Shown: positions 39,050 to 47,947 of the stretch, in pieces
How positions within the stretch are numbered: position 1 is the stretch's first letter
Layout: each line of letters opens with the position of its first letter
DNA from: Candidatus Latescibacterota bacterium
GTDB lineage: Bacteria; Krumholzibacteriota; Krumholzibacteriia; LZORAL124-64-63
Reading direction: 5' to 3'
DNA: 64,000 bases
Assembly: GCA_030658975.1 (NCBI GenBank)
Contig: JAUSBL010000052.1
Coordinates: forward strand, 42,954-106,953
Program-made: the position numbers and the translations under genes
Notes under the pieces: model-generated
Told to the model about the DNA's origin: nothing
The model's input: only the letters and a program-made list of their open reading frames with translations
Database searches by the model: none

Positions 39050-40102
39050 TCATCGCTGTTGGTTCGTTTCGGGTCCGGCCGGGGTGTTCGTCGCCACCGC
39101 CGGGCGGGCCCCGCAGGAGCTGCGCACTTTCAAGATAACATCGATCGTCTGGACCGTAACTTTTCCGCCCTCGGGATCGGCCAGGGTGTCGAGCATGAGC
39201 CGCACGGCCTTCTGGCCGAGGGCGTAGGCGTCGACGTGGACGGTGGTCAGGGGGGGGCGCATGTACTGGGCCATCGTGATGTTGTCGAAGCCGACGACCG
39301 CCACGTCGTGCGGCACCGACAGCCCGGCGTTGCCCAGGGCGCTCATCAGGCCGATGGCCATGCAGTCGTTGGCCGCGAAGACGGCGGTCGGCCGCGGCCG
39401 CCGGTCCAGCAGGGCCGCGGCGGCGGCATAGCCGGAGGATTCCCGGAAATCGCCCTGGACCACGAATTCGTCGCGGGGCTGGATCCCGGCCTCCAGCAGG
39501 CCGCGGCGGTAGCCGCGCAGGCGCTCCTCGGCGTCGACGTTGCCCGCCGGCCCGGCGACCATCGCGATCTCGCGGTGTCCGAGCCCGACCAGGTGGGCCA
39601 CGGCGGCGCGGGCGCCCGAGAAGCTGGCGATGGACACGGAACTGCAGCCGTCGACGGCAAACGGCGGGCTGATCAGCACCACCGGCAGGCGGCGGCGGAT
39701 CCTGGCGACCGATTCGACGGTGATGCTGTCGGGGGCCATCATGACCAGGCCGTCGATGCGGCCGCGCATGGCGCGCGTGGCCGCCAGGACGTCCTCGACG
39801 CTGGCGTGGGAGCCGGAGACCAGGGTCTGGTACTTCTCGCGCTTGGCGAGCTGGTCGATGCCGCGGATGACTTCGGAGAAGAAATCCCCGTAGAGGTCGG
39901 GGAGCAGGACGCCGAGAGTGCTGGTGCGGTTGGTGGTCAGGCTGCGGGCGGCGCCGTTGGGCCAGTAATCGAGGGCCGAAGCCGCCGCCCAGACCTGCAG
40001 CGCGGTGTCCTCATTGACGGCGGTGTTGCCGTTGAAGACACGCGATACGGTGGCGATCGACACTCCGGCTGTCTTGGCGACATCTCGGATCGTGGCCATC
40101 AA
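39050..40102 (-). CDS. LacI-family transcriptional regulator
   Basis: MATIRDVAKTAGVSIATVSRVFNG HTH, periplasmic-binding-protein-like sugar-binding core. First gene of the long minus-strand operon, divergent from GH94 operon. Confidence 0.9.
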   Translation of the reverse strand: MMATIRDVAKTAGVSIATVSRVFNGNTAVNEDTALQVWAAASALDYWPNGAARSLTTNRTSTLGVLLPDLYGDFFSEVIRGIDQLAKREKYQTLVSGSHASVEDVLAATRAMRGRIDGLVMMAPDSITVESVARIRRRLPVVLISPPFAVDGCSSVSIASFSGARAAVAHLVGLGHREIAMVAGPAGNVDAEERLRGYRRGLLEAGIQPRDEFVVQGDFRESSGYAAAAALLDRRPRPTAVFAANDCMAIGLMSALGNAGLSVPHDVAVVGFDNITMAQYMRPPLTTVHVDAYALGQKAVRLMLDTLADPEGGKVTVQTIDVILKVRSSCGARPAVATNTPAGPETNQQR

Positions 40103-40202
40103 TCTTCTCCCGCCAACGCCTCCTGCATTGCGTCCGCACGCGCTCCCTCTCTGGCGTGCGCCCTGGCGATCCGCGCACAGGATGTGGTTTCCGTGTGCGC
40201 CA

Positions 40203-40216
40203 TGTAAACGGTTTCA
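40203..40216. promoter_or_regulatory. Candidate LacI-family operator (TGTAAACGGTTTCA)
   Basis: 14-bp imperfect palindrome with the AANCGNTT core typical of LacI-family operators. Lies in the lacI / GH94 divergent intergenic region. Confidence 0.35.
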
Positions 40217-40244
40217 TAAATTCAACCACGTGTCAACCCCCCAA

Positions 40245-40273
40245 TTGACAAATGGGCTGAAATCACCTAATCG
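40245..40273 (+). promoter_or_regulatory. Candidate sigma70-type promoter for the GH94-GH1-esterase operon
   Basis: TTGACA (40245-40250), 17-nt spacer, TAATCG. TTGACA is also half of an inverted repeat TGTCAAccccccAATTGACA. Confidence 0.3.
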
Positions 40274-40340
40274 TTGCCATGGATCCGAGGGGACCAGGAC
40301 CGATCCGCCTCGCCGTACCCCGCACAGAGAGAAGCCGCAG

Positions 40341-43300
40341 ATGGCCGAAGGTCGGTTGCCCCGAATTCCGGACCCCCGCCGGCCCACCCCGCCCGCCGCT
40401 CTGCTGGCCGCCGCCGGCACGACCACCCTGATCACGGCCCACGGGACCGGTTTCACGGCCCGAAATGGTGTGAATCTGACTCTTTGGCGGGGCGATCACG
40501 TCACCGATCGTGATGGATGGTTCTTCTATATCAGGGATCGTGAGACTTTCGACCACTGGATCCTGGGCATACCCGGGCCGTACGGGTCGTTATCGGTCCG
40601 GCGGGCCATCCGCGAGCCGGGTGTCTTCACGATCGAGCACGAGCAGGCCGGAGTCGCCGCCCGCCTGGAGGTCTGCATCGCTCCGGACGGCTGCGAGGTC
40701 CGGCGCGTCACGCTGACCAACCGTTCCGGTCAGCGCCGCTGGCTGGACCTGACCACCGCCGCCGAGGTCGTCCTGGCGCCCGCGGCGGCCCACGCCTCGC
40801 ACCCCGTCTTTTCCAACCTGTTCCTGCAGACGGAGTTCGACGCGGAGTCGCGATCCCTGCTGGTCCGTCGCCGACCCCGGGGAGCGGACGAGATCCCGCC
40901 CTGGCTGGTCCTGGCCGACCTGGGGGACGACCTGCCCGAGTACGAGACGGACCGCCACCGCTTCCTCGGCCGCGGCCGCAACCTGTTGCAGCCGGCGGCG
41001 TTGAACACCTCCGGACCGCTTTCCGGCACGACGGGCAACGTGCTGGACCCCGTGATCGCGCTACGGCGGACACTGACCCTCGACCCCGACGAGAGCGTCA
41101 GCTGCAGCTTCCTGCTGGGCGCCGCCCGGGACCGCGACGCGGCTCTGGCCCTGGTCGTCGATCGGGCCGGCCGGCGCAGCGCGGCGACCACTTTCGCCGG
41201 CGCCCGGGAACAGGCGCGCCTGGACCTGCGGTCGGCCGGACTGACGACGGCGGAAGCCTCTTACCTGCAGGATCTGGCCGGTGCGATGCTGTACGGGGAC
41301 CCGCGGTTGCGGGCCGCGCCGGAAGCCCTCGCGCGCGCCACCGCCGGGCCTGAGGATCTCGACCGGCTCGGGCTGGACGGCGATCCGCTCGGGGTCGTGC
41401 TGGACGCGCGGTCCGGCGTGGACCCGGTCCTGCGGGCGAAGCTGCGCGCGGCGGTCCGCTACTGGCGGACCCTCGGCCTGGAGACGACGCTGATCGAACT
41501 GGCTGCCGGAGGGACCGCCGACGGCGACGTGGACGGCGTCAGGACGATCCCCCCCGGCGATCTGAGCTCCGGCGACCTCGACCTCGTCCTGGCCCGCGCC
41601 CGCCTGGTGGTGCGCGACCGGCTGCCCGATCTCGCCGTGGCCCCGGCCGAGCCCGCCGCCGTCGCGGCCTGGCCCCGCGCCGCGACGACCCACGCCGCGC
41701 CGCCGCCGCTGCCGGATGCCGCCGCCTCGCTGAAGTACTGGAACGGCTTCGGCGGCTTCGCGCCGGACGGGCGCGAGTACGTGATCCGGCTCGTCCGCGG
41801 ACGCGACGGCCGCCTGGTCCTGCCGCCCCAACCCTGGGTCAACGTGGTGGCGAACGAGGCGTTCGGTTTCCTGGTCGGCGAGACCGGCGCCGGCGCCGTC
41901 TGGAGCGTCAACAGCCGCCAGCGCCGGCTGACGCCCTGGGCGAACGATCCGGTCGGCGATCCCCACGACGAATCGTTCTTCGTGCGCGACGAGGACGACG
42001 GCGTCTTCTGGTCCTGCCTGCCTGGACCCCGGCCCGGCGAGGGCGACTACGAGATGCGCCACGGCTTCGGATACAGCCGCTGCCTCCACGAGAGCCGCGG
42101 TCTGGCCCTCGACACGCTGCTGTTCGTAGCGCGCGACAAGCCGGTGCGCTTCGTCCGCGTCGGCGTGACCAACCGCGGCCCGTCGCTGCGCCGGCTGTCC
42201 GTCTTCGCCCACAGCCGCCTGGTCCTGGGCGACCGCCCCGCGTCCGACGGCCGCCAGGTGGTGACCGGGCGCGGCGACACCGACGGCCTGCTGTTCGCGC
42301 GCAACCGCCAGGCCGGCGCGCACGCGCAGCGGACGGTGTTCGGCGCCGTCATCGCCGGCGAGACCGCGCATCTGCGCGCCTGCGGCGACCGCGCCTCCTT
42401 CCTGGGCGACGGCGGCGCTCCCTCCGACCCGGAGGTCCTGCGCCGCGGCGATCTCGAGGGCCGGGTCGGCGCGGGCCTCGACGCCTGCTTCACGCACCAG
42501 GCCACCTTCGAACTGAAGCCCGGCGAAAGCCTCGACGTCGTGGTGCTGTTGGGAGACGCCGCGGACGCCGACGGCGCGCGCGACCTGGCCGCCGCGATGG
42601 CCGCCGACGGCGCCTGGCGCCGCGAATTCGCCGCCGTCGACGGCTTCTGGCGCGGGCTGCTGTCCGCCGTGCAGGTCTCGACCCCCGCGCCGGCGCTGGA
42701 CCTGATGGTCAACGGCTGGCTGCCTTACCAGACGCTGTCGTGCCGGATCTGGGGCCGCACGGCGCTGTACCAGTCCGGCGGCGCCTTCGGCTTCCGCGAC
42801 CAGTTGCAGGACGCCTCGTCGCTGGCGCCGCTGTGGCCCGCGGCGCTGCGCGGACAGATCCTGCTGCACGCCGGTCACCAGTTCCGCGAAGGCGACGTGC
42901 TGCACTGGTGGCACACCCCCGACGACCGCGGGCTGCGCACCCGCTTCGCCGACGACCTGCTGTGGCTGCCCCTGCTGGCCGCCGACTACGTGCGCGCCAC
43001 CGGGGACCGCGGCGTGATGGCCGCGGTCGCGCCGTTCCTCGACGCGCCGGCGCTGGACCCCGGCGAGGACGAGCGCTTCGTGAAGGCCGTGCCGTCCGGC
43101 GAGAGCGCCGACCTCTACGACCACTGCTGCCGCGCCCTGGATCGCTCCCTGGCCGTCGGCGCGCACGGCCTGCCGCTGTTCGGCTGCGGCGACTGGAACG
43201 ACGGCATGAACCGCGTCGGCCGCGAGGGCCGCGGCGAGAGCGTGTGGATGGCGTTCTTCCTCTGCGCGGTCATCGAGGCGTTCGCGCCGTTCTGCGACGA

Positions 43301-44195
43301 GCGCGGAGACGACGTCCGCGCCCGCCGCTACCGCGATCACGCCGCGCGCCTGCGCGAGTCCGTCGAGCACGACGGCTGGGACGGCGCCTGGTACCGCCGC
43401 GGCTACTACGACGACGGCGCGCCGCTCGGCACCGCCGGCGACAGCGAGTGCCGCATCGACGCCCTGGCCCAGTCCTGGTCGGTGCTCTCCGGCGCCGCGC
43501 GCCCCGATCGCGCCGCCGCCGCGCTCGACGCGGTGGAGCGGCACCTCGTGGACGAGGAGCATGGCCTGATCCGCCTGCTCGCGCCGCCCTTCGTCGACAC
43601 GCCCCACGACCCCGGCTACATCAAGGGCTACGTCGCGGGCGTGCGCGAGAACGGCGGCCAGTACACGCACGCCGCCCTGTGGTACGTGCGCGCCGTGGCC
43701 GAGGCCGGCCGCAACAACCGCGCCCTGGCCCTGCTGGAGGCGATCAACCCGGTCAACTTGTCCGACACCGCGGCCCGCGTCGCCGTCTACCAGGTCGAAC
43801 CCTACGTCGTCGCCGCGGACGTCTACGGCGCGGCGCCTCACGTCGGCCGCGGCGGCTGGACCTGGTACACCGGCTCCTCGGGCTGGATGCACCGCACCGC
43901 CCTGGAGTCGATCCTGGGCTTCCGGCTCGCGGGCGGCGACGCGTTCGAGCTGCGCCCGTGCGTGCCCGACGACTGGCCGCGCTACGGGATCGCCTGGCGC
44001 GCGCCGGATGGCGCGACGACCTACGACATCGAGGTGCTCAATCCCGACGGCCGCGCCCGCGGCGTGGTCGCCGCCACGCTCGACGGCGCGCCGCTGGCCT
44101 GCACGAACGGCGGCGTCCGCGTGCCGGTCGCGTGCGACGGTCGCGCCCACCGCGTCGAGGCGATCCTCGGCGACGTCCCCGGGAGCGCGTCGTGA
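40341..44195 (+). CDS. GH94 glycoside phosphorylase (beta-1,2-oligoglucan phosphorylase / cyclic-glucan-synthase C-terminal domain-like)
   Basis: Trimmed from 1396-aa ORF to ATG 40341. About 1284 aa. Catalytic-region motif LPLFGCGDWNDGMNRVG (GH94 GDWND) and FRDQLQD. Size matches long GH94 members rather than about 800-aa cellobiose phosphorylases. Confidence 0.75.
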   Translation: MAEGRLPRIPDPRRPTPPAALLAAAGTTTLITAHGTGFTARNGVNLTLWRGDHVTDRDGWFFYIRDRETFDHWILGIPGPYGSLSVRRAIREPGVFTIEHEQAGVAARLEVCIAPDGCEVRRVTLTNRSGQRRWLDLTTAAEVVLAPAAAHASHPVFSNLFLQTEFDAESRSLLVRRRPRGADEIPPWLVLADLGDDLPEYETDRHRFLGRGRNLLQPAALNTSGPLSGTTGNVLDPVIALRRTLTLDPDESVSCSFLLGAARDRDAALALVVDRAGRRSAATTFAGAREQARLDLRSAGLTTAEASYLQDLAGAMLYGDPRLRAAPEALARATAGPEDLDRLGLDGDPLGVVLDARSGVDPVLRAKLRAAVRYWRTLGLETTLIELAAGGTADGDVDGVRTIPPGDLSSGDLDLVLARARLVVRDRLPDLAVAPAEPAAVAAWPRAATTHAAPPPLPDAAASLKYWNGFGGFAPDGREYVIRLVRGRDGRLVLPPQPWVNVVANEAFGFLVGETGAGAVWSVNSRQRRLTPWANDPVGDPHDESFFVRDEDDGVFWSCLPGPRPGEGDYEMRHGFGYSRCLHESRGLALDTLLFVARDKPVRFVRVGVTNRGPSLRRLSVFAHSRLVLGDRPASDGRQVVTGRGDTDGLLFARNRQAGAHAQRTVFGAVIAGETAHLRACGDRASFLGDGGAPSDPEVLRRGDLEGRVGAGLDACFTHQATFELKPGESLDVVVLLGDAADADGARDLAAAMAADGAWRREFAAVDGFWRGLLSAVQVSTPAPALDLMVNGWLPYQTLSCRIWGRTALYQSGGAFGFRDQLQDASSLAPLWPAALRGQILLHAGHQFREGDVLHWWHTPDDRGLRTRFADDLLWLPLLAADYVRATGDRGVMAAVAPFLDAPALDPGEDERFVKAVPSGESADLYDHCCRALDRSLAVGAHGLPLFGCGDWNDGMNRVGREGRGESVWMAFFLCAVIEAFAPFCDERGDDVRARRYRDHAARLRESVEHDGWDGAWYRRGYYDDGAPLGTAGDSECRIDALAQSWSVLSGAARPDRAAAALDAVERHLVDEEHGLIRLLAPPFVDTPHDPGYIKGYVAGVRENGGQYTHAALWYVRAVAEAGRNNRALALLEAINPVNLSDTAARVAVYQVEPYVVAADVYGAAPHVGRGGWTWYTGSSGWMHRTALESILGFRLAGGDAFELRPCVPDDWPRYGIAWRAPDGATTYDIEVLNPDGRARGVVAATLDGAPLACTNGGVRVPVACDGRAHRVEAILGDVPGSAS

Positions 44196-45562
44196 CGCCC
44201 GGGAATGGTTTCCCCGCCGGCTTCCTGTGGGGCGCGGCCACCTCGGCCTACCAGATCGAGGGCTCGCCGCTGGCCGACGGCGCCGGCCCGAGCAACTGGC
44301 ACGTCTTCTCGCACACGCCCGGCTGCACCCACGACGGCGACACCGGCGACGTCGCCTGCGACCACTACCGCCTCTGGCGGCAGGACCTGGACCTGATGGC
44401 CGGGATGGGCCTGAACGCCTACCGCTTCAGCGTCGCCTGGAGCCGCGTGCAGCCCGACGGCCGCGGTGCGGTCAATCCCGCCGGCCTCGCCTTCTACGAC
44501 CGGCTCGTCGACGCCCTGCTCGAGCGCAGCCTGGCGCCGAACCTGACGCTGTACCACTGGGACCTGCCGGCGGCGCTCGAGGAAGCCGGCGGCTGGACGA
44601 ACCCGGAGATCGTGGACCGCTTCGCGCAGTACGCGCGCATCCTCGCCCGCGCGCTCGGCGACCGCGTGGCCATGTGGTCGACGCTGAACGAGCCGTGGGT
44701 CGTGGTCAACGCCGGCTACCTGCACGGTGTCCACGCGCCCGGCCGCCGCGACCCCGCCGCGGCCATGCGCGCCGCGCACCACCTGCTGCTGGGCCACGGC
44801 GCCGCGGTGCGCGCAGTGCGCGATGAGTCGCCGCGCGCCAGGGTCGGCATCGTCGTCAACATCGAGCCGAAGTACCCCGCCAGCACCGATCCGGCCGACG
44901 TGGCCGCGACCGCCCGCGCGGACGCCGCCATGAACCGCCTGTACCTCGATCCGCTGCTGCTCGGGCGTTACCCCGAGGAGATGCCCGCGATCTACGGCGA
45001 CGCCTGGCCCGATCACCCGGCGGGCGACTTCGCCCTGATCCGCGAGCCGCTCGACTTCCTGGGCGTCAACTACTACACCCGCGCCGTGGTGCGCCACGAC
45101 GACGACGTGCCCTTCCTGCGCGCCGCGCCCGTGCCCCAGCCGGATGTCGAGCACACGGACCTGGCCTGGGAGGTCCACCCCGCGAGCCTGACCCGCACGC
45201 TGCTCTGGCTCCGGGAACGTTACGGGAGCATCCCCCTGTACATCACCGAGAACGGCGCGGCCTTTCCCGACCCGGACACGTCCCCCCCCGAAGGGCTGGA
45301 CGACCGGCGCCGGGTCGCCTACTTCCGGGGTCACCTGCGCGCGCTGCGCGAGGCGATCGCCCACGGCTCCGACGTGCGCGGCTACTTCGCCTGGTCGCTG
45401 CTGGACAACTTCGAGTGGGCCTGCGGCTACGCCAAGCGCTTCGGCATCGTCCACGTGGACTTCGCCACGCAGATGCGCACGCCCAAGGCCAGCGCGCGCT
45501 ACTACGCCGAGGTGGTCCGCACCAACGGCGCCGAGTTCGACGCACCGGAGGTGCCGCAATGA
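44192..45562 (+). CDS. GH1 beta-glucosidase
   Basis: GTG 44192 overlapping GH94 stop (GTGA), GGGAG SD. FLWGAATSAYQIEG N-terminal signature, acid/base TLNEPW, nucleophile YITENGAAF. Confidence 0.9.
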   Translation: MTPGNGFPAGFLWGAATSAYQIEGSPLADGAGPSNWHVFSHTPGCTHDGDTGDVACDHYRLWRQDLDLMAGMGLNAYRFSVAWSRVQPDGRGAVNPAGLAFYDRLVDALLERSLAPNLTLYHWDLPAALEEAGGWTNPEIVDRFAQYARILARALGDRVAMWSTLNEPWVVVNAGYLHGVHAPGRRDPAAAMRAAHHLLLGHGAAVRAVRDESPRARVGIVVNIEPKYPASTDPADVAATARADAAMNRLYLDPLLLGRYPEEMPAIYGDAWPDHPAGDFALIREPLDFLGVNYYTRAVVRHDDDVPFLRAAPVPQPDVEHTDLAWEVHPASLTRTLLWLRERYGSIPLYITENGAAFPDPDTSPPEGLDDRRRVAYFRGHLRALREAIAHGSDVRGYFAWSLLDNFEWACGYAKRFGIVHVDFATQMRTPKASARYYAEVVRTNGAEFDAPEVPQ

Positions 45563-46353
45563 AACGCTGGCTGCTGGCGGGAGGCCTGATCATGACGCTG
45601 TTCAACGCCGCGCTCACGGCGGCCGGCGGCCACGCCACCGGTTTCCTCGACCGCACCCTGACGCGGGACGGACGGGCCCACCGCTACCAGGTGTTCGTGC
45701 CGGCGGATTTCACGCCGGACCGCGCCTGGCCCGTGATCCTGTTCCTGCACGGCAGCGGCGAGCGCGGCGACGACGGAATGCGCCAGACGCAGGTCGGCCT
45801 TCCGGCGGCGATCCGCTGGAGCCGCGAGCGCTTCGAGGCGATCGTGGTGCTGCCCCAGCTGCCGGCCGACCGCACCTGGACCGGGGACATGGCGTCGCTG
45901 GCCCTGGCGACGCTCGACGCGGCCGTCGCCGAATTCCACGGCGATGAGGACCGGCTCTACCTGACCGGGCTGTCGCTCGGCGGCTACGGCACGTGGCTGC
46001 TGGCGGCCGAGCATCCCGGAAGGTTCGCGGCGATCGCGCCGGTGTGCGGGGGCATCGTGCCGCCGCCGGACAGGGTCTCCTCGGTGACGCAGCTGCCGCT
46101 GACCGTGGGTGCGGCCGATCCGTACGCGACGGCGGCGGCGCTGATCGGCGAGACGCCGACCTGGATCTTCCACGGGGCCGACGACACGGTGATCCCGCCG
46201 TCGGAGTCGCGGCGGATGGCCGAGGCGCTGAAGGCGACGGGCAACGAGGCACGGTTCACTGAGTTCCCGGGCGTGGGGCACGGGGCGTGGGATCCGGCTT
46301 ATGGGAGCGCGGAGCTTTGGGCTTGGATGTTCGCGCAGCAGCGGGGAGACTGA
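45559..46353 (+). CDS. Secreted alpha/beta-hydrolase esterase (phospholipase/carboxylesterase / PHB-depolymerase-like)
   Basis: ATG 45559 overlapping GH1 stop (ATGA), GGAGG SD. Signal peptide. LHGSGERGDDG and nucleophile elbow GLSLGGYG. 264 aa. Confidence 0.75.
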   Translation: MKRWLLAGGLIMTLFNAALTAAGGHATGFLDRTLTRDGRAHRYQVFVPADFTPDRAWPVILFLHGSGERGDDGMRQTQVGLPAAIRWSRERFEAIVVLPQLPADRTWTGDMASLALATLDAAVAEFHGDEDRLYLTGLSLGGYGTWLLAAEHPGRFAAIAPVCGGIVPPPDRVSSVTQLPLTVGAADPYATAAALIGETPTWIFHGADDTVIPPSESRRMAEALKATGNEARFTEFPGVGHGAWDPAYGSAELWAWMFAQQRGD

Positions 46354-46389
46354 CCCAAGGCACCTCATATGGCTAATATTGTATAGATT

Positions 46390-46410
46390 TCAAGATATCG
46401 CTGACTTTAT
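46390..46410. repeat. AT-rich motif TGTATAGATTTCAAGATATCG in convergent intergenic region (esterase / membrane protein)
   Basis: Shares TGTATAGAT...TTCA...GATAT(AT)CG with 27037..27069. Contains EcoRV-type GATATC palindrome. Confidence 0.4.
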
Positions 46411-46434
46411 GACGACGCGTTGGGTCCGACGCCG

Positions 46435-47082
46435 TCAACCGCGGGCTGCCAGGAAGCTCACGGCTTCGGCGACCGCCACCGCCGCCAGCAAACTCGCCAG
46501 CGTCCCCACCAGGAAATATTCCGCGAAATTGGAATCGTCGAACCGCTTGTGCCGCGCCAGCGCTTTCGCGGCGATGATGAAAGCCATGGCGGTGTATTCG
46601 CCTCTGGTGACGACGGCGTAGACCATCCAGCGCTCGAGGATGCCGATCGCTTCCCCCCGCCCCCCGGGCTCCGGACCGGCCGGCGGCGGCGTTCCCAGCC
46701 GCCTCAGCAATCCTCGCAAGATGCGCGTGGCGGGCTCCGCCAGAGCCAGGATCGCCGCAGTTGAGATCCACATCCTGTGCGGCGACGAACCTCCTGCGGA
46801 CAGCAGCGCGACGATTCCGGCTCCGCACGACGCGACGACGATCCAACCGAGGAGGCACCGACGCGCTTCGTCGCACATCACCAACGGACGCCAGACCACG
46901 ACGACAAGGGCGGCGAGCCCGACTGCCGGGATGAATCGCCACCACGTCGGGACCGACAACCAGCCCACGGCTGCCGCCGACACCAACACGATCACCAGGC
47001 CCGAAGCGACAGCAAGGCCGCGGCCCTGAAGTCGGACGAGATTGACGCCGAGCAACGTCGCCACCAGGGTCGGCCACAGGAT
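46435..47082 (-). CDS. Multipass membrane protein (possibly SatE/DUF3307-like), co-operonic with cyclase-HTH protein
   Basis: 4-5 hydrophobic helices (LVATLLGVNLV, VIVLVSAAAVGWL, AVGLAALVVVVW, WIVVASCGAGIVALL, FLVGTLASLLAAVAVA). Start abuts upstream gene stop. Track ORF 46435..47382 over-extended. Confidence 0.5.
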   Translation of the reverse strand: MLWPTLVATLLGVNLVRLQGRGLAVASGLVIVLVSAAAVGWLSVPTWWRFIPAVGLAALVVVVWRPLVMCDEARRCLLGWIVVASCGAGIVALLSAGGSSPHRMWISTAAILALAEPATRILRGLLRRLGTPPPAGPEPGGRGEAIGILERWMVYAVVTRGEYTAMAFIIAAKALARHKRFDDSNFAEYFLVGTLASLLAAVAVAEAVSFLAARG

Positions 47083-47768
47083 CAAGGTGTCACCTCGCGA
47101 TCGATGTCCAGGGAAGTCGGCGCGATCATCCCGATCAGCCCTCGCTCCAGCGACGACCATGCCGTCCGGTAGATCGACCACCCGGCTGCCTGCTGACGCA
47201 GGCTGACGGCTCCCGGGCTGACGCCGAGCGCCTCGGCCACCTTGTTCCAGGCTCCCAGTTCCTGGAACAGAGAGATGGCCTCCCGTTGGGGCTCGGTCCA
47301 GTCGTGGCGCTGGCGCAGGGCATAGGACGCCAGCGTGCTCCAGAGCACCTCCACGTCGCAGCCTTCGAACACGAGCTGGCAAGGCAGGTCGCTGGCGCGC
47401 GTCCGCTGCAGGGCTTCGCGTGCGCGGTGGAAGCAGGGGCCGTCCATGCCCAACGTCTGCTCCCGCAGCGCGGTGGTGAGTCGGCCGACGCCGATGCCGA
47501 AACGGACCGAGGTAGGCCTCGCCAGATCCAGCACGTCCGTGATCAGTCCCAGCAAGCGGCGGACTCCGGCCGGATCGGCGGGGAACAGGGCCTGGAACTC
47601 GTCGCCCAGCGTGACCAGCGGCCGGGCGGCAATACCGGCCGACGCATCGGAGCGGACCGCGTCCAGGTACGCCGTCAGCCTGTCCTGCAGTTCATGGCGG
47701 GCGATCTCGGGCATCGCTCGCGATGCGACGAGATCCCCGATGAGGGCGATGTTCATGTGGTTGCTCAT
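47082..47768 (-). CDS. Minimal class-III nucleotidyl-cyclase-like (palm) domain fused to C-terminal HTH (possibly SatD-family)
   Basis: 228 aa. IALIGDLVASR (metal Asp 1), TLGDEFQALF (metal Asp 2), VRFGIGVGRLTT (cyclase RxGxHxG-like) in the first about 150 aa. C-terminal EAISLFQELGAWNKVAEALGVSPGAVSLR sigma70-r4/LuxR-like HTH. Confidence 0.5.
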   Translation of the reverse strand: MSNHMNIALIGDLVASRAMPEIARHELQDRLTAYLDAVRSDASAGIAARPLVTLGDEFQALFPADPAGVRRLLGLITDVLDLARPTSVRFGIGVGRLTTALREQTLGMDGPCFHRAREALQRTRASDLPCQLVFEGCDVEVLWSTLASYALRQRHDWTEPQREAISLFQELGAWNKVAEALGVSPGAVSLRQQAAGWSIYRTAWSSLERGLIGMIAPTSLDIDREVTP

Positions 47769-47769
47769 G

Positions 47770-47900
47770 ACACCTACTATTAAGCCTCAAGCATTAATAT
47801 TGTCAAGTTAATTGTTTATACTAAACATTTGAAACATTTGATCCAAATAGATCAATTATTAATTATTTAGCTAAATTAATCAACTCGCGCATGGCGTTGC
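47770..47900. other. AT-rich island (about 25-30% GC in a 70% GC genome) with short direct repeats and AT palindromes
   Basis: aaacatttg x2 tandem, TTAGCTAA, ATTAAT, ATCAATT. Lies between the six-hairpin lipoprotein stop and the cyclase-HTH start. Confidence 0.6.
47779..47808 (-). promoter_or_regulatory. Candidate promoter of the cyclase-HTH/membrane operon (near-leaderless)
   Basis: On minus strand TTGACA (47808-47803), about 18-nt spacer, TTAATA (47784-47779), only about 9 nt before the ATG. Confidence 0.3.
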
Positions 47901-47947
47901 AGAATATGGAGTTTGATGGTTGACGCACGCTCTGCCAACATCAGATG

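Noticed and set aside
41061-44150. 1029-aa minus-strand ORF antisense to GH94. Also 42740..45562 plus (940 aa) frame-fusion
   Set aside because: Antisense low-complexity. The 940-aa ORF is an out-of-frame read-through whose 3' part is the real GH1 gene (starts GTG 44192).
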